From: Camelus ferus
Taxonomy: Eukaryota
Length of the DNA stretch: 64,000 bases
Assembly (NCBI RefSeq): GCF_009834535.1
Contig: NC_045696.1
Location: 115,942,001-116,006,000, forward strand
Direction of reading: 5' to 3'
The first letter of the stretch is position 1. Every line of letters starts with the position of its first letter. The notes under the pieces are model-generated. The model was not told where the DNA came from, did no database searches, and saw nothing but the letters and a program-made list of their open reading frames with translations. Both the position numbers and the translations under genes were made by a program. Shown here in pieces: positions 1 through 12,019 of this stretch.

Positions 1-411
1 AGGTCATAGTATCTTTGAAAAGCAAGATAGGTTATGATTCAGTGTTATCAATAATGTGCAACTGATTAAAATGAAATTATTGGATTCTAAGCATGGAATG
101 TATCACTCTGACATTACCCATTAATCTTTTTTCAGCTTTGAGATTAAACTACGGAGGAATCTTCTGATCCGAGATAACCAGTTTGACACCCCATTTACCA
201 TGAAGACAAACATACTGCTATCATCAATGGAGCATGAGCAGCAACGCCAATCAGAGGAAGGATTTCCATTTTTGATGCCATTCATGTGAGCAGAAAGGTA
301 AAAGATGGTTGAGTTAAAGAGCCACCTTTTCCACATTCAACACCCTGACTCACAAAAAGAGTAATGAAAAGTTACATGGGAGTGAGCACATGATCTCATC
401 AGCATACAGTC

Positions 412-900
412 ATTCTCTCCCCTCAGCTCCAGACTACATCCAACTGCATACTTTGATGTCTGACAGGCTTGTCAAAATTAATGTGTCTAAAACTCAAGTT
501 TTAATTTCCTCTTTTTAAGTGGGTTCCTTCCCCAGGGTTACGTAGACCAGTAAATGACACATGATCCATCCTATTGCTCAAATCAAACCCAGGTGCCATC
601 TGTGATTTCATGCTTTCTCAGACAAACTTCTACACCAAATCTATCATGTCCTGTTGATTTTACTTACAAAATATCTCTTGAATATTTTAATTTTTTTCCT
701 ATTCCATTATCATCATCCGTGTCCATGATTATCTCCCACCTGGACATCTGAAATAGTCTAACAGGTCTTCCAATACACTTTCCCATACGTCCTCATCCAT
801 CTTCAGGGAGCAGCCAGAGTAATCTTCTTATTAGTAAAACTGTGAGCTCCAGAACTGCTCTAAAAGCCTTGGGTGGCTTCCTACTGTTCTTGCAATCATT
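412..900 (+). mobile_element. L2 LINE fragment
   Basis: ctccagactacatccaactgc...aaattaatgtgtctaaaactcaa...ctcccacctggac...gcagccagagtaatctt follows the L2 3' region consensus; heavily diverged, ends approximate. Confidence 0.7.
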
Positions 901-946
901 CTGTTTCCACTCCAGCCCCCACCTCCAGACAACCAGTAATCTATAA

Positions 947-1070
947 TCATTTTATTTTCTGACAGTAAAAGGAAACTAAGGACTCAAAGTCCCAACTAAA
1001 GGGCTCAAAGGTTGAGAAAGTTAAGTAGTTCACTAAAGACCCACCAGTGTTCTTTGTTGAACTCCAGTTC
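947..1070 (-). mobile_element. MIR SINE fragment
   Basis: aggaaactaagg...gagaaagttaagtagttcactaaagacccaccag resembles the reverse MIR core. Confidence 0.5.
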
Positions 1071-2472
1071 CTGGCAAAGCTGAGAAGGAAGGTGTGGATG
1101 ATTTCCTGATGGAGAAACTCACTGATAGGAAGTATAGCAAGGTCTTCCAACCAGCTGAAGTATAAGTTCATAGAAATAGGAGAGACAAGACTTCTGAGAA
1201 CCTTCAGCATGGAAGATTTGTGGGGGAAGAGATCCTAGTCCCTCAAAATGCCATCCCAGGCCCATTCCCAGATTCAAATTCAGATCTGTACCCTCTTTCC
1301 TACCCTTATCTGTCTGTTGTTCTCCAACCTGTGTAATACTTAGGTTATTCAAAGGTAACTGTTTGATTCCCACAAGGCTGAGGGAAAAAGAAAGGACTCT
1401 AGAAACAAAAACACAAATGACCTCTTCTTGTTCAAACTTGGACTGGACATAAGCTGGTGACGTGACAATCCCTTCTGAGGACAAGATATGTAGAGACTGG
1501 ACCAGAGCTAACAAATCAAGATATCCCCCCTCCAGACATTGCCCTACACAGCCCCACTGGCCACCTCATTCAAAATATCCCCTAATAAATATTTCATAAA
1601 CACTATTGAACACAAGTGCTTCTTCCAAATGCAAAGTGTGTTGTTTTGTAATTACTTCCTTTGGCCATTTTGACCTCCCTGATGTCAAACAACATTTTTT
1701 TCCTATTTGTATAAAGTTAGGGGAGGGAAGATTTTCAATAACAACTCAAATGTCAGAGCCACAGAAACCTCAAATATATCAAGTGAGTAGGCTTACTTAC
1801 CATGTCAAACAATGAATGTATCATCCATGACAGGGAGACTTTTAATCTCTGGGTACCAAAACTGCTTTCCTCTCCTAACGTCAAGATAACTACTAAATTA
1901 ATTTAGTTTCTTTTCTTTTTCCTCTCATGAATATTTTATAGTTCCTTTCTCAGGACATCTAGAATTTCAAGTGCATTTTCTTATTAAAGCCACACATTTT
2001 AATTTTTGAAAATTTTAAGATCAAATGTCTATGTCATTTAAATATGTCTTCCCTGTCATAAGCTCATCTTCAGTACAAATAGAAGTGGTCATGGCTTAAT
2101 ATCATCTGTCATATTAGTGAAGTCTACATAAGGAGGATTTCCTTTCTGCAGTGTAAGAAATTTAGGTCTCTACAGTGTGATGACCAAAGTACAGATTCCA
2201 TTAAAGAAAATATCTGACTTAAATGGATAGAGCTTATCTGATTGGAACATTTTGATTAGTTTTTAAAAAACTCAATTATATTGTGTTTCCAAAGAACAAT
2301 GTACATAATTTCACTAAGTGTCTTGAATCATGACATAATTTAAAAGTTTCATTCATTATTTTTGAACCAAATGCTGGTCAAACATACTGCATGTTTTCAT
2401 GTTATTAAAGTTGTAGTCAACAAATATAAGGCTTCTGAGTCTGGAAGGAAAATACAGATTATAAAGATAGGT

Positions 2473-2703
2473 CAGTGGCTTTTAGCTGGGGGCAATTTTG
2501 CCTTCCACCCTCCCTGGGGACATTTGCCAGTGTCTGGAGACTCTTGATCACCATAACTGATGGGGGCGAGGTAGGTTGTTGCTGATAACCTGTGGGTGGA
2601 GGCTAGAGACACTGAGAAACACCCTAAAATTCACAGGACAGCTCCTTACAACTCAGAATTATCTGGCCGAAAATTTCAATAGTGCCAAGGCTGAGAACCC
2701 CTG
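2473..2703 (+). mobile_element. MER20 (hAT-Charlie), near full length
   Basis: cagtggcttttagctgggggcaattttgcc...ggggacatttgccagtgtctggagac...agaattatctggccgaaaatttcaatagtgccaaggctgagaacccctg is collinear with MER20 end to end. Confidence 0.9.
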
Positions 2704-3663
2704 AGTTACACACATCAGGAGACCCGAACTAAGGAAGAGAGAGGTGAGATTTTTTTCTCACCAACAGACAGCCCTTAGAGGAGTGCCACGTATGGCCGTG
2801 AGTACACAAAGCCGGGACTTGCTTTCACATTCGTTGAGTCCAGGAATAAGACACCAAGGATGAAGTAATATGATGAAAACTGTAAGGAAAAGCAAAAGCT
2901 GTCTGACAGTCGCACCCACAAGCTTTTCAACTTCACTACAAACCTGAAATGTGCGAAAGCATCGTCCTCCTCATCACATAAGCATCATCTTTCTCACATA
3001 ACTGCTGAGGAAACTAAGCTAACAGAAGCCAACAGACTCACCCAGGTCACTCAGAAAAAAATTACAGGGAAGATGTGCACCTAATTTTCTGTACATCTAA
3101 AACCAGGGCTTGTCTCACTATCTCATGTCTATTTCTATCACGCCCCTCACAAAATGAAACAAAACCAAACCTAGAACGTATGTGGCACCGTTAATCTGTT
3201 GTTCTAAGAAGCAGTGGCAGTAAAGAAGGGGTTTTAGAAATGGTCATGGCGTGGTGTGTATACCTGCCTCTTTCAGGTTCTGCAATAACACCTAAGAATT
3301 TCTACAACCCATTAAAATTCTACCGCCAATGAGCTTGCAGGGTGCCTCTGAGAGCAGGTGCTCTAGGAGGTAAACAAGTCCCATCCAGAGACACAGAGCA
3401 CCACTAAAATGACAAAATGATGTCCCTGCACCAGAAGGGTATGAAAATCATCACTGACTCCGGCTGAAGAAATATTTTATGGCTCCATGTTGATGGACAC
3501 CACCTTAATCTCACTGAGGGAACAGTGTTTGATAAATAGAGAAATGAACAGATTTGGCATTTGTAGGCTTTAGGAAATCACTGTAAGGGCCTTAGAGTAA
3601 GAAGCTCTTTCTAGACCTGGCTCTTTCCCTGACTTGCTGTGTAACTTTAAAAAGTAATTTATA

Positions 3664-3891
3664 GGGGGAGGGGATAACTCAGTCGCAGAGTTCATGCTTA
3701 GCATGCACAAGGTCCTGGGTTCAGTCCCCAGTACCTCCATTAAATAAATAAACTAATGACTGAAACATTATGCTGTATGCTAGGAATTGACACATTGTAA
3801 CTGAATATACTTCAATTTTTAAAAAAGACTAAAAAATAAAATAAATAAACCTAATTACCCCCAGAAAATAATGAAATAAAATTAAAATTTT
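3664..3891 (+). mobile_element. tRNA-Ala-derived camelid SINE (Vic-1 type)
   Basis: gggggaggggataactcagtcgcagagttcatgcttagcatgcacaaggtcctgggttcagtccccagtacctcca head, aaataaacctaattacc tail; TSD aagtaatttata (3652-3663) / aagttatttata (3892-3903). Confidence 0.9.
3754..3838 (+). mobile_element. Very short L1 3' end inserted in the SINE tail
   Basis: atgactgaaacattatgctg...aattgacacattgtaactgaatatacttcaat matches the 3' termini of the longer L1s at ~22065-22130 and ~48109-48170; TSD aaataaataaac 3742-3753 / 3839-3850. Confidence 0.85.
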
Positions 3892-4329
3892 AAGTTATTT
3901 ATACTCCTTGTATCTCAACTTTTTCATTAATGATCTGAAGAAACTAGCTACTACTTAGATGTGGTTGTACAGATGAAATGAGACAAATTTCTATGAATGC
4001 ATCTTGGTAAGAAAAGCCAATAAACATACACAATGTCATTATTCCCCGTTAATTCTGCGCTTTTATCATTGATGTTGTTTTTCACTCAGCTCTGGGCAGC
4101 GTGTCTCCTAAAATATGTGGTCAAGTTACTGGTAAAAGAAGAAATACTTTTCCAACTTTAAATGTCATGCCAGGTTCAAATGGGTTTTGCCAAGAATGAT
4201 GTTGGTTTTAAAACTGTCCTGTGAAAGATGGACTGTAAGAAGCAGTTCCCTGAGAGAAGCAGCTTATAACCAATAAAGGGGCTGTATTTATATTGACACC
4301 TCATCCAGAACACCTCTTAAAACAGACTC

Positions 4330-4925
4330 TGTTGACTTCCTTCATAACAACTATGTTTATAGCTCTGTGTTTGTAGCAACCATTCTCTAGTTAATAGACC
4401 CTTAATTTCATTTTGAATACAATAGACCGAGCTCTGTGATGTGAACTGATTGTTCTCAGCCATCCCTGCAGTCTTATTTCCTTAAAGAGTAGCATGCAAC
4501 CTAGTGCTGATCAGTGACTGCTAAGAAAAATATCTTTTGCATAGAGGAGGTTTTCGTGACATGTTATCCTCTATGATGAATTAAAACAAACAAACAAACA
4601 AAAAGATGTAAACGTAGAAGACTCTTTTGTTTCCTTCCATGTTTCCTACTTTGGTAATATGGGTATGATGAGATGTCTGGAACAGTGGCAGCCACCAGTC
4701 AACCATGAGGCAAAAAACCTGAGATCCAAAGCTAACATGATGAGAATGGCAGAGTGGAAGGACGAAAAAAGAATGAGTCTTTGATGACATTATTGAGCTT
4801 CCTAGCCAATCTTTGAACCACTACATCTAAATGGGTTGTTAAGTGTATGCTGAATGATCCCTTGTTTTAAGCTAATGGTTATCAGGTTTTTAGTTACTCA
4901 TAGCTAAAGTATCCTAACTAATACA
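4330..4925 (+). mobile_element. MaLR solo LTR (MLT1J/K-like)
   Basis: ggcagccacc...aaagctaacatgatgagaatggcagagtgg...gagtctttgatgacattattgagc...gttactcatagctaaagtatcctaactaataca; typical MLT1 3' terminus. Confidence 0.7.
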
Positions 4926-5299
4926 CCCACGTACCAATTTTACTTTTGCCCTCTAAAGATCTTCTAGGCCAGTTTTTGTGTAAATTTAGCATATCTCCAT
5001 TTCTTTTATAAAAACTTCACATTCTGTTAATGGAAGAAAGAAGACCTAGGACATAAGACATTGGAAAAGTAATAGCCTCTTCTGCTTCATGGATCAGAAA
5101 TAATACAACACTGTTTTTTCCATCTCTGTACTTTGCCAGCACTGTTTCCTCTGCTGGGAATCCCCATCCTTCTTTATCTAGCTGGTCCACTTCCACTTAG
5201 CCTCTAACTCGCAGCTGGAGATTCACTTCTGTGAAATCTTCTCCCAAGCAGAGTTAGCGGATTTTAGCTTTGGATTCCTATACATGTCAAGCAGGTCTT

Positions 5300-5760
5300 T
5301 ACGTAGCAAGAAACAGAAAACATACTCAAGTTGGTTCAAGCAAAATGGTGAATTAGAGGCTCACATGTCTTGTAAAAGGCAAGAAGAGGACTGGCTTTAA
5401 GTCAAGAGTTGTCAGGATTCAATCCTGATATTTCCACCCCCCCTTTCTCCTGTCCACTGTGTCGGCCCCTTTTCAGATGAGAGCTTTTTTCATCTGCAAA
5501 GATGGATTTAGAGAACTACAGATCTGATTACTCCACCCAGATGTTCCATTGGAAAAGCTAATATTTCTCTCTAACTTCAACAAAAGTTCCGGACTTGTTC
5601 TCGCTGGCTTAGCTGGGGTCATGTGCTGATGGCGTGGCTGGGGGTATGGAACACACTGATTAGTTTAGCATTGAAGTTAGGGGTGGGGATAGTCCCATGT
5701 AAATCCAGTGGACTGAGAAAAGGAAAACAATTGATTTCCCAAAGGAATTCCTGAAAAGGG
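5300..5760 (-). mobile_element. MaLR solo LTR (old MLT1K/L-like)
   Basis: gcaagaaacagaaaacatactcaagttggttcaagcaaaatggtgaattagaggctcaca is the reverse of an MLT1 3' end. Confidence 0.55.
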
Positions 5761-6754
5761 GGGAAATGAAGGAAGACAGAAGAAACCATAATAGCTTGCA
5801 CACATCACTACATTGTACCCCATTTATTAATTCAAAGTAAGATACTGATTATTATGTTCCAGGCACCACTGTTTCTCTCTCCACTAAGCCTCACTCCATA
5901 TGGGGAAGAACAAGGTCTGATTCAAGGCATCTTATGCTCCTTTTTACACCATACAACACACAGTGCTGTGATTGTCTCTTTGGGTATTTGTCACCTAACA
6001 CCAAACTGTGAAACCCTCACAATGGAACCTTATCTGACTCCTCTTTCCGTTTTCAAAGCCTCCTACAGTGCCAGTTTGGTACATAGAGTTTACTCACTAC
6101 ATCTTTATGGAAGGAATGTTAGTGCTCAAGTGCTCTGGGCAGAATCTGAGTCATAATTAGAAGTCCATAAGTGGATTTACGATGTTCATCTCTAAGTAAT
6201 GCCTGGTATGTATTTTGCAGCTTTCGTAGACCCCGAGCAAAAGCAGAGATTCTAAACAAAATGAAACTAAAAGACTAAGCACGGTCCCAGGGGCCACCCA
6301 CATGAAGAGGAGAGAGGAAGCAGAGCAGAGATACCACAGACGTAAAGTCGTGTTGCTACTAACGTTAGCCAGAGTCAAACACTTAAACATGGAAAAGTAG
6401 AAGGTGATGGGACAGATAAAGAATGCTTTCAAAAAGGTGTTGTAACCATTTATCAAAAACAAAGATGATCTTAACCCTCCAAACAATGTAGGTCACTAAT
6501 TGAACAAAAATGGAAAATCTGAGCTCCTTGGACAAAGCCAGAGGCTAGCAGCCAAGACACTAACATAACAACTGCTCTCACTAACTTAAGTAAGCAGCAG
6601 GAAATAGCATCATTTGGACCTGGTTGCAGGCCAACCACAGTTCCCAAGGCCTCGCTCAGGCAGGAAGTACTCCTGCCATGTTCTCCAACAGCTCAGGCCT
6701 GAAGCAGCAGCCGGAGGGAAACAGACGTCTAGCCCAGCTCTGCGCCAAGACGCG

Positions 6755-6925
6755 AGATGACAACCTGCGGTCCCTGGACCAGCCGCACCAGCAACATCAC
6801 CTAGAAGCTTATTTCCAACCAATGTCTGCATTTCTAATATCTCGCCCCACACCTGCCGAATTAAAATCTGCTTTTGAACAAGACCCCAGCTGACTGAAAT
6901 GCACGTTAAACTTCGAGAAGTAGTG
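6755..6925 (+). mobile_element. MER5A-like hAT-Charlie element
   Basis: tgcggtccctggaccagc...cagcaacatcacctagaagctt...ctgcttttgaacaagaccccagctgactgaaatgcacgttaaacttcgagaagtagtg. Confidence 0.7.
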
Positions 6926-6926
6926 T

Positions 6927-7200
6927 CCTCACACATATAGAGAACAAAATAGTGGTTACCAGCGGGGAGAGGAAAGTGAGGAGGAACAAGACAGGGGTAG
7001 GGGTTAAGAGGATACAAACCACTATGCATAAAATAAGCTACAAGATATACTGTACAGCACAGGGAATATAGCCCATATTTTATAATAACTATAAAGGGGG
7101 CACAGTCCTTAAAAACTGTGAATCACTATGTTGTATACCTAAAATTATATAATGTTATAAATCAACTATACCTCAGTTAAAATAATAATAGTAATAAAGT
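6927..7200 (+). mobile_element. L1 3' UTR (5'-truncated, laurasiatherian/artiodactyl type)
   Basis: gagaacaaaatagtggttaccagcgggg...tactgtacagcacagggaatatagcc...gaatcactatgttgtatacct...aatcaactatacctcagttaaaa followed by an A-rich tail. Confidence 0.9.
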
Positions 7201-7380
7201 AATGGTTGATGCCAGAAAATAAATGAGATTTTGAGATCAAGATTAAATGTCTAACAAACACAAAAACCAAGACCAAAGAATAGACATGTCAGGTCAAGAT
7301 TTCAAAAACATTGAGAAAGGTCAATGCAGAAAAATGAGTTTAAAAGAATCTTTAAAATGAGTATTTAGGCTTGTTGTCTT

Positions 7381-7450
7381 GTATTTGCATACTCATGTGT
7401 ATATTTGCATATCTACGTGCATTTTTGCATATCCACATGCATATTTGCAT
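7381..7450. repeat. 20-bp period tandem repeat, 3.5 copies, octamer-containing
   Basis: gtatttgcatactcatgtgt / atatttgcatatctacgtgc / atttttgcatatccacatgc / atatttgcat. Confidence 0.85.
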
Positions 7451-8499
7451 GTTTCAACAGTTAGTTGTCTAGCAAGGGTTTCTGTTTCAACATTTAAAGG
7501 TGCAGAAGAGCATGTCTTTTGAACACCTGTATTCATTTAAATCATTTTAAAAAATTCAAGTAACCAAACTATTATTTGATTCAAAGACTTGATGGCTTGG
7601 ACTCCATTACTTTTCCTGCGCTCTCTCTCTTTTATTTATTTAGAAAGAAGTTATAAGTGGTAAAAGATACACGACAAAAATGAGCCAAAAGTAACTGACC
7701 CACAGAACCATCAGAAAAAATCATTATTCCTTTCCTTTTGCCATTCCATATATTCAAACCATGCAGTGTTTTCCCGCATGAGTTTTTGCTTTTGAGACCA
7801 TGACAATCTTAAGGGCCTGCCATCCACTTAATTTATGACATCACTTTTTTCCATTTTGCCTGAAGTTTATGACATATATTAATCATTTAAAACTTGTTTT
7901 AATATTCAAGTGGGAGTAAACAGAAAGATGGATATATCCTGCAAGAGAATGATACACGAATCTGATATTTATATTGGCCTTTTTGAAAAAAAGATTTTCC
8001 CCAGCCTCGGGATATACCGTGATTTCACCATCACCGCAGTTTCCGGAAGCCATGTCAGCATGGCTTGAGGATGCCCACACCATGAGCACGGTGTCTTGAA
8101 ACGCCCAGCACAGGACTCACTCCAGGGAATGGGAGAGACAGCAAAATAAAGTAAAACGGAACAAAGCACAGACGCTTAGTTATGTGTTCCCTTATTTACT
8201 TTCCATAAGCCTTTTGTTTATGTCCGTATTTTATACCTAGAAGCTCATAAAGAGCAGGAAACTTCAATGATTAGTTCCTTTTGTGAGTTGTAATGTACCA
8301 TAAAACAAGCAAGCGTTTTCCAGTTAACGAGCCCAGAGGCACTGAAGAGAACCCTTCTCAAGTCTCTCTGAGGCCCATCAAGAAGGATAAAGGGTTCAGG
8401 GCATCTGTTGTTTCAGTTTCCCATCTCCCTCCAAAAACTTGAGTAAATATTGATCTCCTTTTACCCAAGGCAAATCCACTTCCTCTGACTGTCCTTTGC

Positions 8500-8960
8500 T
8501 CCTCTTTCTCATGCCCCCACTACTCTGACACCCTTGTACAAAGATCTGTCACTACAGGCATCTGCCCTGCCTATCACAAGTCCAAAAACTCCACATACAA
8601 CCTCTTCCTCATTCTCTGCTTTTGCACATGCTCTTCCCTCCATGAGGGAAACCCTAGCCCAGCCTCCCCCTCCCCTTACCTATCTGCTGAACCCCTGCCC
8701 ATTCTTTGGGAATTCCGCTGCGAATTCCTCATGGAGTCCTGAATTCTACAGACTAAGGCACTTCAACCTCTGCTCCCAATGGCCCTTTGTCCATGTCTCT
8801 GAGACGACATGTATCCCATTATATTATCATTTCCTATCTATCTTCCTCTCCAACTAGACTCATCAAAGATGTGCCTTTTCCACCCTTAGAATAACCTCAA
8901 CACCTAGATCATAGTCTGCTAGTACAAGATGCTCATTTTTTGCTTATAGAAAGAAGTAGT
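8500..8960 (+). mobile_element. L2 LINE 3' fragments
   Basis: ctgcttttgcacatgctcttccctc...tcttcctctccaactagact...cctcaacacctagatcatagtctgc resembles the L2 3' end. Confidence 0.5.
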
Positions 8961-8989
8961 GAATAGTATAATGCCTATGGTGACAGAGA

Positions 8990-9390
8990 TAGCGAAACGT
9001 CTACCAACTTCACAAAATGGCATCCCTGCCACGGATTACATTCCCAGTTCTAATATTACAGCAGATCCCTGTCACCAGTTCCCACCAACAGCGTGTGAGC
9101 AGAAGATATGTTACTTCCAGAACAAGGTAGTTAAAAAACTGCTGGGTCTTTTCCACTTTCTCATTCTCCGTCTGCCACCTGAAGCAAGGAACTCTGAAGC
9201 CCTAACAGGACAGTGAAGTAACAAGGAAAGAGTCTGGTCTTTGAATCTCCCCAGGGAGGAAAACCAATCACAAACCAGGATTCCTTTCACGAACCTGTTA
9301 CTTTAGTGAAAATTAAAATGTTGTGTTAAGCCATTGTATTTGAAAGGGGGTGATATTTGTTATAGCAGCTAGAATTACTCTTACTAATAT
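8990..9390 (+). mobile_element. MaLR solo LTR (MLT1I/J-like)
   Basis: gtgtgagcagaagatatgttacttccag...gttgtgttaagccattgtattt...tttgttatagcagctag...ttactaatat. Confidence 0.7.
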
Positions 9391-9659
9391 GCTTATTCTA
9401 TAGTGAATTCTCTAATGGATATAGTACGGTGTCCAGCGGGGGGAAAAAAAAGCTCATCTAACAATTTACCTTAACCTGTTCAATGCTGGAAAAGCCTTAA
9501 TTTTGCTTTCAAGTAATAATCTTGGAAGTAATGAATTTAATAAGGGGCCCTCCAGCCTAGGGTCTGGGGATAATGGTGCTGCTCTGGAGAAATGTCTTAC
9601 CAACATGAAGAAGAGGGAACCATTGGGAGAACCCTGCTGGGGTTGTCATGTTTGTAAGA

Positions 9660-9945
9660 CTGCATTATGACCTTGGGAGGCGTTTGTGACAAAGCCAATA
9701 TGCTGAGGAGAGCTAAGGAAACATGGAAAGAAACTGGGTCCTTCAGAAAGCTGTCCCATTGCTGGCAAATATATGTGTCTGATGGCAGTATTTGTATTTA
9801 TTTTTTTAATTACATTGTTTTATTGAGTTATAGTCAGTTTACAATATATTTGCATTTATTTGTATTAATTATTTGTATTTATTTTTAAACCACTTTGAAT
9901 GTTATTTTCTTTTTCTTGCAAACAAAGAATCCTAATGGACACAAA
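9660..9945 (+). mobile_element. Degraded MaLR LTR (MLT1K/L-like)
   Basis: aaagccaatatgctgaggagagc...catggaaagaaactgggtcctt...ttaaaccactttga...cttgcaaacaaagaatcctaatggacaca. Confidence 0.5.
9806..9869 (-). mobile_element. Minimal L1 3' terminus insertion (~28 bp of L1 plus filler)
   Basis: ttttattgagttatagtcagtttacaat (9818-9845) is the reverse of an L1 terminus; flanked by a perfect 17-bp repeat tatttgtatttattttt at 9789-9805 and 9870-9886. Confidence 0.65.
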
Positions 9946-10477
9946 TACTAAACTTACCATTAAAAGAACTATATTGCAGCTCCAGGGATACCCTTGCCCA
10001 AGAGACACACTCTCTGAAGTAGAGGTTCCTCATTTTTAAGAAGGCTTCATAATTTGTATGTTGGCAATGTTATTATGAAAAGAAATGGTATATTATACAT
10101 AAAAGCACCATGTGTGTTACAATAGTCCAGGAAGAACATTCTGGACTCTAAGGGACCAGAGAAGTAACATACATAAATGAAGTGTCCAAGACAATATGTA
10201 CTAAACTTATTTTATTTCAACCAAGCATATTAATTACCTAGTTATAATGCCTTTTAAGAGACAGTAATGCCAAACAGAGTAGTGAAAGATGAGGTCTTAT
10301 TTATTAATCAACTATTTTTACCAACTATAAAAAATTCCATTACTGTAAACTCTTATTAAGTACCCTCTTATTTCTCTAAAATTCATTCATGGCTCTAATC
10401 CATTCCATTCTCCTTACACCCAACCCCCAAATTCTAGCGTTTTGTTCTAGTACATTTCATGACAAGTAGCTTTAAAC

Positions 10478-10886
10478 TGTGGGAGTTTTACAACATAGCC
10501 CCAAATTCTTTAACATCCCTCCCCTTTAAAACGGGGTCTGTGTCCTTTCCCCCTGAACCCAAGCAGGATTGTTTCTGTTTCAACCAATCAAGCATAGTGA
10601 TCATGATGCCATATGCCTTCCAAGGCTTAGTATTAAAAGCCTCAATATTTCTGCCTCTTTGTCTTAGAATCTTGATCTCTAGTCACTCCCAGGGAGTCCT
10701 CCTTCATGGGACTCAGTCACCATGAGACATTCAAGTCTCATGGAATGCCCTGAAATGTTGTGTAACAGCAGAAACCTATTCCCCTGAGGTCTTGTTTGAT
10801 TTCCTGACCTACAGAATCTGTGAGCACAATAACATGACTGTTGTAGGCCACTGAAAGCTTCTGCACAGCAGTAGATGAGGAACACA
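10478..10886 (+). mobile_element. MaLR solo LTR (MLT1G/H-like)
   Basis: tg start, ccccaaattctttaacatccctccc...ggggtctgtgtcctttccccctgaa...ttcctgacctacagaatctgtgagc...cacagcagtagatgaggaacaca end. Confidence 0.75.
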
Positions 10887-10955
10887 CAAATTTGATCTTA
10901 CATTACTCTTCCAGTTGAAAACTATAATGGTGTGCATTAGACTCTGATTCCATTA

Positions 10956-11025
10956 CTCATGGAATCATAGAACTCAAAAGTTGTTAGATTTTGTGATATT
11001 TCTCATGGAATCATAGAATTCAAAA
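10956..11025. repeat. 24-bp direct repeat with 22-bp spacer
   Basis: ctcatggaatcatagaactcaaaa (10956-10979) and ctcatggaatcatagaattcaaaa (11002-11025), 1 mismatch. Confidence 0.9.
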
Positions 11026-11729
11026 ACTGAGAGGAATTTATTATCAAGAGCTAAGCATCTTAAGTAAGATCTAGGAAGTTTAAATAACTTACCAAATCTT
11101 ACCCACCATATAATGGCAGCTCTACCACCAGAAAATAAAACTTTCGACATGCAGTCAATTTAGCTTTGTTTGTCCTCTTCTATTGTCAGTGGGATTATGA
11201 CCTCCTTTAGGCAAGATGAAATCATTTTTGAGTGAGATAAAGACACTATTTAAAACTCACCTGTACAAAATGGGAAAAAAATTCTTTCCAAATTCAGGAT
11301 CTTCTACCAACATATGCCTTCCATGAAAGTGTAGTTCAAAATATCCAGATAATAAATTTGCCAAACATAGAGCAATTGAGGAGGTAAGCAAAATAAATTC
11401 TGTTTATAATATAGGTAAATTAATTGTCTACTGTTTGAATTTTAAAGAAATGCTACTGATAATAAAGGTAGAGATACCAATTGTTTCATAGACATTATGG
11501 CCCTATTTTCTTTAATGGCCTTTTGTGAACATAGTGGGAGAAAAACTCTGGATGCAAAGGATGCATGAGGCAGAGGTTGGAGAGATGCTCATCAAATGTA
11601 TTTCTTCTTCCTAAGAATAGAAGACAATCTATATACTCAATCCTTTAGCATCTAAGTGAGGTCAGTGTTGACAATTTTGTGCTAATAAAATGTATCGGGA
11701 GTAACATATCACTTTGGACCAATGCAATA

Positions 11730-11964
11730 GTGCCAAGTAGATTCTAAAATCGTCCCCAGTGATCCCTGCCTCCTGGTTTTCACACCCTTGTATGAAATCC
11801 CTTCCCCTTAAATATGGGCTGGCTGGTGATTTTCTTCTGCCCAGTTGAATATGGCAATGGTAATAGAATATCACCTCCATGATTTGCTATATAAGCTTGT
11901 GACTTCCATTATGCTAGAAGTTCCTCTTCCTTCCTTTCTCCCCCTCCTCTCCCCTCTCCTGTCC

Positions 11965-12019
<55 letters not shown>

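Larger units (their letters stand above)
3590..3990 (+). mobile_element. MIR SINE split by a younger SINE
   Basis: cctggctctttccctgacttgctgtgtaacttt before 3663 continues as ccttgtatctcaactttttcatt...gtggttgtacagatgaaatgag after 3903. Confidence 0.65.

Noticed and set aside
136..297. Plus-strand exon candidate (ttttttcag acceptor; donors at 285 or 297)
   Set aside because: The long form has stops in all frames; the 150-nt form is open but has a mediocre donor and an unrecognised peptide. It shows that such candidates also arise on the opposite strand.
8048..8067. Small hairpin aagccatg-tcag-catggctt
   Set aside because: 8-bp stem only; within chance expectation.
10956..11025. Repeat-spacer-repeat layouts (also 52485-52556) as CRISPR-like arrays
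   Set aside because: Only two repeats each, in a mammalian genome, with no cas genes.
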